Under the pieces are notes generated by a model. It was not told the origin of the DNA, did no database searches, and was given only the letters and a program-made list of their open reading frames with translations. From NCBI GenBank assembly GCA_963820175.1, contig CAWFYX010000008.1, forward strand, positions 99,318 to 163,317: DNA of 64,000 nucleotides, given 5' to 3'. The DNA is from an uncultured Acidobacteriaceae bacterium. GTDB taxonomy: Bacteria > Acidobacteriota > Terriglobia > Terriglobales > Acidobacteriaceae. A program made the translations under genes and the position numbers. Position 1 is the stretch's first letter; each line of letters starts with the position of its first letter. Shown here in pieces: positions 8,922 to 19,676 of the stretch.

Positions 8922-9689
8922 ATGCGCCTGCTGTTGCTGAGTGACATTCATGCCAATATCGAAGCCCTGGAGGCTTGCCTGGAGGTGGCTCCGGCCTGTG
9001 ATCGGGTCATGAATCTCGGCGACATCGTGGGCTACAATGCGTCACCCAACGAAGTTTGTGAGCGAGTGCGCGCCATGGGGGGACCGGTGGTGCGAGGCAA
9101 TCATGACCGGGCCTGCTCCGGGCTATCGAGCCTGGCGGAGTTTAACGTAGTAGCAGCCTTGTCGGCACGCTGGACCCAGATCACCCTGCAGCCTGATCAT
9201 CTCGACTGGCTGCGCAATCTGCCGCGCGGCCCGCTACGCCTCGGAGAATTCCCCGGCCTGGAGTTCGTGCACGGCTCGCCCCGCGACGAAGACGAATATG
9301 TGCTGAACAACTCTACCGCCGGCGTCGACTTCCATCTCCCCGGCCACGCCGACCGCATCTTTTTTGGCCACACCCATCTGCAGGGTGGATTTCTCTACCG
9401 CGACGACAAGACACAACTGATTACACCGCAATATCCCGGTGGAGATGGCGTGGAACGCTGCCGGATCATGTTGACTGCGGGCGAACGCTATCTGATCAAT
9501 CCGGGATCGGTGGGACAACCGCGGGATAATGACTGGCGCGCCGCCTTCGCGGTGTATGAAACCAACGGCGACGCTTCGGCCAACGTGACCTACTATCGCG
9601 TGCCCTACGACGTCGGGCAGGCCCAGTCAAGAATTCTGGCTGCCAATCTTCCGGAGCGTCTGGCCACGCGATTGAAGCTGGGCCGCTAA
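8922..9689 (+). CDS. Metallophosphoesterase (YfcE-like)
   Basis: LLLSDIHAN, GDIVGYN, GNHD and GHTH motifs. Confidence 0.85.
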   Translation: MRLLLLSDIHANIEALEACLEVAPACDRVMNLGDIVGYNASPNEVCERVRAMGGPVVRGNHDRACSGLSSLAEFNVVAALSARWTQITLQPDHLDWLRNLPRGPLRLGEFPGLEFVHGSPRDEDEYVLNNSTAGVDFHLPGHADRIFFGHTHLQGGFLYRDDKTQLITPQYPGGDGVERCRIMLTAGERYLINPGSVGQPRDNDWRAAFAVYETNGDASANVTYYRVPYDVGQAQSRILAANLPERLATRLKLGR

Positions 9690-9710
9690 CAAGAGCCGTA
9701 AATTCCAGCT

Positions 9711-9862
9711 TATTGTCATCTCGAGGCGCCTCACGGAGCGCCGAAAAGTTTTTCTGAGTGATTTTGAAGGGGCGTAGCTTCAGCTACGCCGTATCCTGTC
9801 CTGTATTTGTCATCCCGAGGCGGCTTTAGCCGCCGAGGGATCTGCTGTTCCGACTCTTGTCA
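9711..9862. repeat. REP-like composite repeat (family A: TTGTCATCCCGAG-hairpin-GAGGGATCTGC, plus GGGCGTAGC..GCTACGCC hairpin)
   Basis: Related copies at 21743-21800 and 47631-47736 share TTGTCATC(C/A)CGA, a GGC-TTNA-GCC type hairpin, GAGGGATCTGC and TTCCGACT. Confidence 0.7.
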
Positions 9863-9865
9863 GCC

Positions 9866-10096
9866 TCAATGCCCCAGCTGATAAATCCGCAGCATCTCCA
9901 CCACGACCACGAAGATCCCAATCCCAAAATAGAGATTGCGCGCGACCTCGGTGCTGAGGGCAGCGGGCAGAGGCACGCCTCGCTGGCGGAAAACCAGCAC
10001 CAGCGACCGTTCGCGCTCGGTAATGAAGTCGGCAATACGCCGGTGTAAGCCCGCAATCAGCAGGCCAAGAAGAAGTCGCGCAATTTCCAGTGGCAT
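9866..10096 (-). CDS. Small hypothetical membrane protein (76 aa)
   Basis: Two hydrophobic segments and plausible codon usage, but no clear RBS. Confidence 0.35.
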   Translation of the reverse strand: MPLEIARLLLGLLIAGLHRRIADFITERERSLVLVFRQRGVPLPAALSTEVARNLYFGIGIFVVVVEMLRIYQLGH

Positions 10097-10224
10097 AGCA
10101 GAATCGTAGGCCGTGCCCCGCCACCGCTCAATAAGCCGAAAACCTTAAGCCGGAAGCTGGTCACACGGTACTGGGAAACCCGCGTTTTGTGCGTGCTAGA
10201 ATCCAAGCAGGCTCTGTTGTCCGG

Positions 10225-11031
10225 ATGAATTCCAATCTGCAAAACCTGATTGAGTTGCAACAGGTGGATGCGCGCATCGCCGCGGTCCGCGCCGAGGTTG
10301 CCGCTCTGCCCAAGGAAGTGGCGCGCATCGAAGCCAAACTGGCGGGCTCCAAAGCCGCGGTTGAGGCGGCGCAAACCGCCATCAAGGCTGACGAGGCCGC
10401 TCGCCGCAAGCATGAATCCGACATCAAGGACCAGCAGGAGAAGATCAGCAAGTATCGCGACCAGTCGCTGAAGGTCAAAACCAATCAGGAATACAAGGCG
10501 CTGCTGAGCGAGATTGAACACGCCGAATCCGAGATCCGCAAGCTGGAAGACAAGATTCTGGAGATCATGGTCGCGGCCGACACTCGCAAAGAAGGCTTGA
10601 AGCAGGCCGAGGCGACGCTGAAGGCCGACACCGCCGCCAACGAGAAAGAAAAAGAGCACGCCCGCCAGCAAACCGCCGAAGACGAGAAGCAGTTGGACGA
10701 ACTCAACGCTCAGCGCAAGCAGCTACGCGCGGGAATCGCCGAAGAGACTCTGACCCACTATGACCGCGTGCTGAAGCTGCGCGGCTCGGTCATGGCTGCG
10801 GTGTATGACGATGAGAGCTGCTCGGCCTGCCGCGTTGTGCTGCGTCCGCAGGTGTTTCAAGACGTGATGAGCAACGAGCAGATCGTCACCTGCTTCTACT
10901 GCAATCGCATTTTGTACTACGTTCCCCCGCCCCCCAAGCCGGAAGACGAAGCCAAGACCGCCAAAGCCGCTGCCGCCACAAAACCTGCCAAAGAGGAGTC
11001 TGTCGAAGCGGAGGACGCGGCAACCCAGTAG
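10225..11031 (+). CDS. Coiled-coil zinc-ribbon protein (COG1579/zf-RING_7-like)
   Basis: NLQNLIELQQVDARI start, long coiled coil, C-terminal CSAC...CFYC zinc ribbon. ATG at 10225. Confidence 0.8.
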   Translation: MNSNLQNLIELQQVDARIAAVRAEVAALPKEVARIEAKLAGSKAAVEAAQTAIKADEAARRKHESDIKDQQEKISKYRDQSLKVKTNQEYKALLSEIEHAESEIRKLEDKILEIMVAADTRKEGLKQAEATLKADTAANEKEKEHARQQTAEDEKQLDELNAQRKQLRAGIAEETLTHYDRVLKLRGSVMAAVYDDESCSACRVVLRPQVFQDVMSNEQIVTCFYCNRILYYVPPPPKPEDEAKTAKAAAATKPAKEESVEAEDAATQ

Positions 11032-11110
11032 ACTCTCCGTGGGAACTAACTTTGCGTTTCCGCAGTGGAGTGCGAAGCGCAGAAAACGAGCGCCGCAGGC
11101 GCGGAAGAGC

Positions 11111-11227
11111 TTAGCCCAGCATGGAGCCGCAATCGGGGCCCCCGATTTGCGCCGCCGTTGCGCAAATTGGCGTGGTCAGGCGGAATGCTGGGTAAACTGG
11201 AAAATAAATGCCAGTCCCGTAGGGACG
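11111..11227. repeat. REP-like repeat (family B: TTAGCCCAG...CTGGGTA...AGTCCCGTAGGGACG)
   Basis: Same ordered blocks recur at 56100-56172. This copy carries nested palindromes (AATCGGGGCCCCCGATT, TTTGCGC..GCGCAAA). Confidence 0.65.
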
Positions 11228-11329
11228 ACACCGGTTCCCACCCAGAGTCACTTGCGTCAAATCAAGAAGCTCCTGAAAGTCAAACTTGACTAGCGGGGAA
11301 AGCACACTCTGCGCCGGCACCTAATGAGC

Positions 11330-11346
11330 GATGTATACTATACATC
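11330..11346 (+). promoter_or_regulatory. Perfect palindrome abutting the vapB start codon (candidate VapB operator, overlaps a TATACT -10-like hexamer)
   Basis: GATGTATA-C-TATACATC immediately followed by ATG 11347, with no room for an SD sequence. Confidence 0.45.
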
Positions 11347-11604
11347 ATGAGACGCACCCAACTCTATCTCGACGACGATCTATGGCAAGCGCTGCATGCC
11401 CGGGCGCGGGGCGAGCGGACCACCATCTCTGAGTTGGTGCGGCAGGCCGCCCGTGAGCGCTATCTCGGCAAGCTGGACGAGCGCCGGATGGCCATGCAGG
11501 CCATGGTCGGCATCCGGAAAGACCGTTCCGAGCTGCGCCATCCCGCCGAATACGTGCGCAGCCTGCGGCGCGGCAGCCGTACCCAGAGGCTGGGCAAAGC
11601 GTGA
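11347..11604 (+). CDS. vapB: Ribbon-helix-helix (CopG-like) antitoxin, VapB-type
   Basis: MRRTQLYLDDDLWQALHARARGERTTISELVRQA RHH motif. 4-bp overlap (GTGA) with the downstream PIN gene. Confidence 0.8.
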   Translation: MRRTQLYLDDDLWQALHARARGERTTISELVRQAARERYLGKLDERRMAMQAMVGIRKDRSELRHPAEYVRSLRRGSRTQRLGKA

Positions 11605-11975
11605 TCGTCCTGGTGGACTCCGACGTCCTCATCGAAGTTACGCGCGGCCGGGATCAGCCCATCCTCGCGCGCTGGGACGAATTGAGCCAGTCGGAGGATG
11701 TGATCCTTTACTCCCCGGTGACCGCGGCGGAGCTTTGGGCCGGAGCGCGCCCGCGCGAGCATGAGGCGCTCAACCATCTGTTTCGCGCGCTGCTGTGTGC
11801 TCCCATCGACAGCGAAACCGGACGCCAGGCTGGCGAATATATGCGCCAATATCGCAAGAGCCACGCTGTGGAACTAGGCGATGCGTTGATTGCCGCCACC
11901 GCGGTCCTGCACCGCGCCCATCTGTGGACGCGCAATCGCAAGCATTACCCGATGAAAGAGTTGGTGTTCTATTAG
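11601..11975 (+). CDS. vapC: PIN-domain ribonuclease toxin VapC
   Basis: VLVDSDVLIE..., acidic PIN residues (D, E, D..A), 124 aa, coupled to the RHH gene. Confidence 0.9.
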   Translation: MIVLVDSDVLIEVTRGRDQPILARWDELSQSEDVILYSPVTAAELWAGARPREHEALNHLFRALLCAPIDSETGRQAGEYMRQYRKSHAVELGDALIAATAVLHRAHLWTRNRKHYPMKELVFY

Positions 11976-13181
11976 CCAGTCACAGAATATTCCGGTCCTC
12001 ACGGTCAATCACCGCGGTGCCGCCCGGCTGCGCGGCGGACATCTGTGGGTCTATCGCTCCGATCTTGTACCTCCGGCCGACGCTCCAGCCGGAGCATTGG
12101 TTTAGGTTCGCGATGAGCGCGGCCGCCGGCTGGGGTCGGCTCTCTACAGCAGCGCTTCGCAGATCGCCGATCCGCCTGCTGAGCAGCGAAGAAATCGCCG
12201 AGCGATGCTTGGCGCCAGCCTGCTGCGCCAGCGAATTGACAAGCGCAGTGCGAATTTCGGCAGCGCAACGGTCCGCGACACCGATTCCTTCCGCGTGATT
12301 TTCAGCGAGGCTGACCTGCTCCCCGGCCTCATCGTCGACAAGTACAACGACGTGCTCTCGATGCAGGCGCTCACCCAGGCTTTCGATCGCGACGACCTGC
12401 GGCAGATCGTGGTCGACTCGCTGGCCGAGCATTTTCCCGGAGCCAGCCTGTTAGAGCGCGTCGATCCGCACATCCGCGAACTCGAGCAACTTCCGGCACG
12501 CGAGTCGCAATTGTTGCAGGGCGAGCGGTCGAGCACCATCTTCACCCTGAACGGCGTGCAGTTTCACTTCGACGGACTGGGCGGCCAGAAGACCGGAGCC
12601 TTTCTCGACCAGCGGGAGAACTACGCGGCCGCCGCGCGTTATGCCCACGGTGACGCGCTCGATGTCTTCACTTACCAGGGCGGCTTCGCGCTGCATCTGG
12701 CGCGGGCGTGCCCCAGCGTCACCGCGGTCGACTCATCGCGTCCCGCGCTGGAAGTCGCCGAGCAGAACGAGCAACGCAATCGCGCCCACCATCGTGCGGC
12801 GAGATCGAGTGGATCGAAGCCAACGCCTTCGACCTGCTGAAGGACTACGCCGGCGCCGGCCGCCAGTACGACACCATCGTCCTGGACCCGCCCGCCTTCG
12901 CCAAGACCAAGCGCGCCGTGCCCACCGCGCTGCGCGGCTACAAGGAGCTGAACCTGCGCGCCTTGAAGATGCTTCGCCGCGGAGGCATCCTGGTCAGCTG
13001 CTCGTGCTCGTTCCACGTCAGCGAGACGGAGTTTCTTGACATGCTGGGTGCGGCCGCGGCCGACACCGGGCGGCGAATCCGCCTGCTGGAGAAGCGCGGC
13101 GCGGCACAGGACCATCCAGTCCTGCTGAATATGCCGGAGACGGCGTACCTGAAGTGCGTGATCTGCCAGGCACAGCCGTAA
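11971..13181 (+). pseudogene. rlmI: RlmI-like PUA + class I SAM-dependent rRNA methyltransferase; no canonical start, in-frame TAG, frameshift
   Basis: Frame 1 reads QNIPVLTVNHRGAARLRGGHLWVYRSDL...GALV-TAG(12103-12105)-VRDERGRRLGSALYSSASQI...GGQKTGAFLDQREN... It then shifts near 12775-12800 into ...GEIEWIEANAFDLLKDY...IVLDPPAFAK... Only ATT is available as a start, 2 nt inside the vapC stop. Confidence 0.75.
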
Positions 13182-13407
13182 CACGCCCCTCCCGACTCGC
13201 CCGGCGCGACCGCCCGCTCAGCTCTCCGATCCTTACTTTCCATCCTGTCGATTCTTGCTTTCCAGCCGGCTCCAGCTTCGTCTACTAACTCCACGCATCA
13301 TAGTTAACCATATTTTTCAGCTACATACAGGGAATTTCCGAGCTAACAACCTGCTGGCTTGACGCCTAGAATACTTTACAAAACTTCACTCATATTTTAT
13401 GATTCTT

Positions 13408-13443
13408 TTGCGCTAACAATTACGTCTAATGGTTAGCGAGCAA
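13408..13443 (+). promoter_or_regulatory. Inverted repeat TTGCGCTAAC-N14-GTTAGCG(A)GCAA upstream of hsp20 (candidate operator)
   Basis: GCTAACAA also occurs at 13342-13349. A/T-rich region 80-120 nt upstream of the hsp20 ATG. Confidence 0.3.
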
Positions 13444-13524
13444 GAAAACAAGAGAAACGTGCTAGACCCACAACTCTTGAGCTTGGAAGGATTTGGAAAC
13501 ATTTTGAGCGGAGGAAAACGAACC

Positions 13525-14037
13525 ATGACTGTGTTGACGCGTTGGGACCCTTACCGTGAATTGAGTGCTTTGCAGAATCGTATGAGCCGGCTGTTCGAAG
13601 AGCAGTACGGCAATCGTGAAGAGTCGCTCACCGCTGGAGCCTTTGTGCCCCCGGTCGACATTTACGAGGACGAGCACAGCGTTCAGTTGAAGCTGGAAGT
13701 TCCCGGCATCGACGAAAAGGACCTGGATGTCAAAGTCGAGAACAACGTTCTCAGCATCACCGGCGAGCGCAAGTTCGAGAAGGAAGAGAAGGAAGAAAAC
13801 TTCCGCCGGGTGGAGCGCCGTTACGGCAGCTTTACTCGCTCTTTCACCCTGCCTAGCACGGTGAGCACCGAAGACATCAAGGCCGATTACGAGCACGGCG
13901 TGCTGAAAGTCCGGCTAGCCAAGCGGGCCGAAGCCAAGCCGAAGTCGATCAAGGTCAATGTCGGCGGCCAGCCAACGATTGAAGGCCAGAAGGTCGAGAG
14001 TCAGCCGCAGGCAGCCAGCAAGTCGCAAGTTGCCTGA
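13525..14037 (+). CDS. Hsp20/alpha-crystallin small heat-shock protein
   Basis: MTVLTRWDPYRELSALQNRMSRLFE..., alpha-crystallin core (VDIYEDEHSVQLKLEVPG...LKVRL). GGAGGA RBS upstream of ATG 13525. Confidence 0.9.
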   Translation: MTVLTRWDPYRELSALQNRMSRLFEEQYGNREESLTAGAFVPPVDIYEDEHSVQLKLEVPGIDEKDLDVKVENNVLSITGERKFEKEEKEENFRRVERRYGSFTRSFTLPSTVSTEDIKADYEHGVLKVRLAKRAEAKPKSIKVNVGGQPTIEGQKVESQPQAASKSQVA

Positions 14038-14094
14038 CGCAGGTTTCGCCCCTCGGGGTGAGATTCCCGGCGGGAGACGAACTGGGGAGTTCGA

Positions 14095-14129
14095 GGGAGG
14101 CGGGTTCGGATCTTGCCTCCCTTTTGTTT
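14095..14129 (+). terminator. Rho-independent terminator candidate after hsp20
   Basis: GGGAGGC-13 nt loop-GCCTCCC followed by TTTTGTTT. Confidence 0.55.
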
Positions 14130-14293
14130 ACCAAAAGGAATTCTCCGAGGGGCGAAAGCAGTGCATCGTGGCCAGTGGCGTTTGCCTGGCCGATCGAGAG
14201 GGGCTCAGGCCCAGCCCGAAAATTCGCGGTGTTTTTTGCGAGCCGCAACTCGTTCCCGCGAATCCAAACCACTGGCCACGATTCACTGAGAAG

Positions 14294-14325
14294 CAGTTGT
14301 CAGTTGCCGGTTATCAGTTGTCAGT
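14294..14325. repeat. Heptad-type repeat array (CAGTTGTCAGTTGCCGGTTATCAGTTGTCAGT)
   Basis: Units of the form (A/G)TCAG(T/C)N. An inverted counterpart lies at 15094-15118. Confidence 0.6.
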
Positions 14326-14356
14326 ATGATCTTAAGCCAGCGAGTCCCGGTGAAAA

Positions 14357-15097
14357 GTGAATAGGAATCAAGAAAAGAAAGAAGGCGAGCGCCGGATTCT
14401 AGAAGCAGCGCGAGAAGCCGGAGCTCCCATCCCCCCAGGGGAACTGGCGCGGGAAGAACCAGATTTCAGCATCCAGACGCCGGACGGCGTACTTGGAATT
14501 GAACTTTGCGAAGTTCTGCGTCCCGCCAGCACGAACCAAGGGATTGTCCCCCTCGAGGCGGAATCGTTCCATCGCAGCATAATGGTGGAGGCGCAAACAG
14601 CTTTCCAGAAAAGCAATGCTCTCCCGACGAAAATTAGTGTCTACTTTTCCAGAGCGAACGGAAAAAGACAGGACAAGCACAAACTGGTAAAGTCCCTCGT
14701 AGACTGCGTCGAGGAGAACCGCTCCCGGGCTAACCCGGCGATAGCTTTGAAAGGCAATGAACTGCCAGAGGGCTTCGACCACGTGCTAATTCAGGCGAAA
14801 TCAGGCGAATGGTGGTGGGGCGAAGTCGGCGGAGTCACCGTGTCGGAGATACACAGAGAGATTGCCGCCCAGATTGCAGCCAAAGACGCACTCGTTCCAC
14901 GATATCGTAAAAACTTGTCAGCAGGAACAAGAGCCGGCATATGGTTGCTCCTATTTACTCGCCCCACTGTCGCCCGCTCCGTTCCGATAACGTTCGGAAT
15001 CGAAGAACGAAAATTTTGGTTTAGGTTTGATCGCGTGTTCTGGTTCGGTTGCTTGGAGAATGAGGTCGTAGAAATCCGACCGGCAGAATCCGACTGA
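14357..15097 (+). CDS. Hypothetical protein (possible PD-(D/E)xK-like nuclease motif), A/T-richer than surroundings
   Basis: 246-aa ORF. The EEPDFSIQTPDGVLGIELCEV segment resembles a restriction-endonuclease-like core. No family recognised. Confidence 0.65.
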   Translation: MNRNQEKKEGERRILEAAREAGAPIPPGELAREEPDFSIQTPDGVLGIELCEVLRPASTNQGIVPLEAESFHRSIMVEAQTAFQKSNALPTKISVYFSRANGKRQDKHKLVKSLVDCVEENRSRANPAIALKGNELPEGFDHVLIQAKSGEWWWGEVGGVTVSEIHREIAAQIAAKDALVPRYRKNLSAGTRAGIWLLLFTRPTVARSVPITFGIEERKFWFRFDRVFWFGCLENEVVEIRPAESD

Positions 15098-15118
15098 CCA
15101 CTGACCACTGACCACTGG
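15094..15118. repeat. Tandem heptamer CTGACCA x3 (+CTGG)
   Basis: CTGACCACTGACCACTGACCACTGG overlaps the stop codon of the 14357-15097 ORF. Its reverse complement, GTCAGTG repeats, mirrors the 14294-14325 array. Confidence 0.6.
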
Positions 15119-15126
15119 AGTAAGAC

Positions 15127-17787
<2,661 letters not shown>

Positions 17788-17856
17788 TTCGAATGCTCCG
17801 TTCTAGCCCAGGTATTGGGCGAGGACGGGGCATTTGAGGTTTGCGGCGGCCCGAAT

Positions 17857-18537
17857 CTATCCCCGGGTTATTCGCTTCACCATCTCTTCGACCTCGGCCA
17901 CTACCTCGTCGATGCTCTTGCGCGTGGTATCGATGACCACTGCATCGGGGGCCGGCGCCAGCGGCGATGCGGCGCGCGTGCGATCGCGTTGGTCTCGTGC
18001 GGCGATCTCCGCCTGGACGCGCTGCGCCTCTTCAGCGGACAGCGACCCATTTTGCAACGTCCGCCGTTCCGCCCGCACCCGGGCGTCGGCATCCAGAAAG
18101 ACTTTCACTTCAGCGTTGGGAAACACGGCCGTGCCGATATCGCGCCCCTCCATCACCACGCCGCCATCAGCGCCCAGTTCGCGCTGTCGCGCCACCAGCA
18201 CCTTCCGCACCTGCGGATGTATCGAGACTCGCGACGCAGCCGCGGTCACATCAGCCTCGCGAATTCGTTGCGAAACATCGCGCCCATCCAAACACACGCG
18301 ATTGCCTTCGCCGCGCGGCTCCAGCTGCATCACAGAATCTTCCGCCAGCTGGCGCAAGGCCTCGGCGTCGTCGAGCGAGACCTGCTGTTCCATCGCCTTC
18401 AGCGCCAGCGCCCGATACATGGCACCGCTCTCCAGGTTGGTATAGCCCAGCTTTTTCGCCAGGCGAGCGGCAATAGTGCTCTTGCCCGATCCCGCCGGCC
18501 CATCGATGGCGATCACCAACTTGCGCGGCGAACTCAT
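17857..18537 (-). CDS. cmk: Cytidylate kinase
   Basis: IAIDGPAGSGKSTIAARLAKKLGY...SGAMYRA, 226 aa. Confidence 0.95.
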   Translation of the reverse strand: MSSPRKLVIAIDGPAGSGKSTIAARLAKKLGYTNLESGAMYRALALKAMEQQVSLDDAEALRQLAEDSVMQLEPRGEGNRVCLDGRDVSQRIREADVTAAASRVSIHPQVRKVLVARQRELGADGGVVMEGRDIGTAVFPNAEVKVFLDADARVRAERRTLQNGSLSAEEAQRVQAEIAARDQRDRTRAASPLAPAPDAVVIDTTRKSIDEVVAEVEEMVKRITRG

Positions 18538-19523
18538 TTCTTGCGGGTGTCCTGCTGGGAACGATCAGGCTTGCGGGCGGTTTTCGATTTCAGCGGACGC
18601 CGCTCGACCAGCGGCAGGCCGGGGCGCGGCGGAAGGGCTTCGAATTTCGGCCGCGATTTCCGCTCTCGCACCACCAGCGGTTGCTGCGCTTGTAGCGATG
18701 TTACCTGCAACATCACCCGTCCACCGACATGCACGAAGCTCAACTCACGGGCCGCCTGCAGCGCGTTGATGGCCTCGCGCACGCGCGCCCGGCCGATCAG
18801 GTTAGAGAAGAATTGCTCAACTTCTTCCTGCTGCGCCGCCAGCACACAGTCAAGATATTTCGAAACTAACGCGGTCAGCGCCTCGGCCACCGACACATGC
18901 ATGCCTTCCTTCACGGCGTCAGGCGACCAGCGGAAGAGCACATCCCAGAAGACGCCCTCATCCTGTTTGTAATCGACGCGCGTAATGCGCAGCTTGGCCC
19001 ACAACTCGTCCAGCGCGCGATCCAGCGCTGCCTCCGAAATATCACCGCCCAACAACTCGCGCAGCCGGTTCTTGGAGATAGGGCCTTCCTTCTGGATGAT
19101 GAGAAAGGTATCCACGGCAAGCGGAGAGTACTCTGACCGCGCGGCCGCTTTCGGCGCCTGGCGCGGGTTGCGGTCGCCAACCAATCCGTAGAAATAAGGG
19201 AAGGCCGAGGCCGACACGATGAAATTGTTATCCGTGAAAACGTTGGCCTCGTAAGCTGCCTTCTCGCGCAGCAGGCGGACCATCAACTCCTTGGCTTCGC
19301 GAGCACTGGGATTGGCAAACGCCATCTGCGCGGTCGGCAGCTTTTCATCGCTGCCGGCGTACGCGCCGACGAACGTGGGTAGCAGCGCTGGAGGCCGTTG
19401 CGGATAGAGCAGGCAGAATCCCACCGAGTCGATGAACTCGCGCGCCTCGTCCAGCGTGCGAACCGGCCGCCCGTTCAAGCGCCACTTTTCCCGGCGCAGT
19501 TCCTGGAGTTGCTGTTCAAACAT
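18534..19523 (-). CDS. Conserved hypothetical protein with basic C-terminal tail
   Basis: 329-aa ORF translationally coupled to cmk (4-bp overlap). No motif I can name with confidence. Confidence 0.7.
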   Translation of the reverse strand: MFEQQLQELRREKWRLNGRPVRTLDEAREFIDSVGFCLLYPQRPPALLPTFVGAYAGSDEKLPTAQMAFANPSAREAKELMVRLLREKAAYEANVFTDNNFIVSASAFPYFYGLVGDRNPRQAPKAAARSEYSPLAVDTFLIIQKEGPISKNRLRELLGGDISEAALDRALDELWAKLRITRVDYKQDEGVFWDVLFRWSPDAVKEGMHVSVAEALTALVSKYLDCVLAAQQEEVEQFFSNLIGRARVREAINALQAARELSFVHVGGRVMLQVTSLQAQQPLVVRERKSRPKFEALPPRPGLPLVERRPLKSKTARKPDRSQQDTRKK

Positions 19524-19525
19524 AG

Positions 19526-19675
19526 AAAAGGCAGCTATCAGCCGTCAGCTTTCAGCCATCAGCCAAAACAACTTTGCGAACTGCGGAATCCACGTCGATA
19601 AGACGCCTCTGCTCGGCAACCGCCAGGCAGTCGTGAATAGCTGACGGCTCAAAGCTGATAGCTGACGGCTTCTTT
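19526..19675. repeat. ~150-bp structure: two inverted heptad arrays (GCTATCAGCCGTCAGCTTTCAGCCATCAGCC / AGCTGACGGCTCAAAGCTGATAGCTGACGGC) around a ~75-bp core
   Basis: The reverse complement of the right arm is built from the same (A/G)TCAGC(C/T) units as the left arm. Lies between mutL and the downstream gene. Confidence 0.6.
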
Positions 19676-19676
19676 T

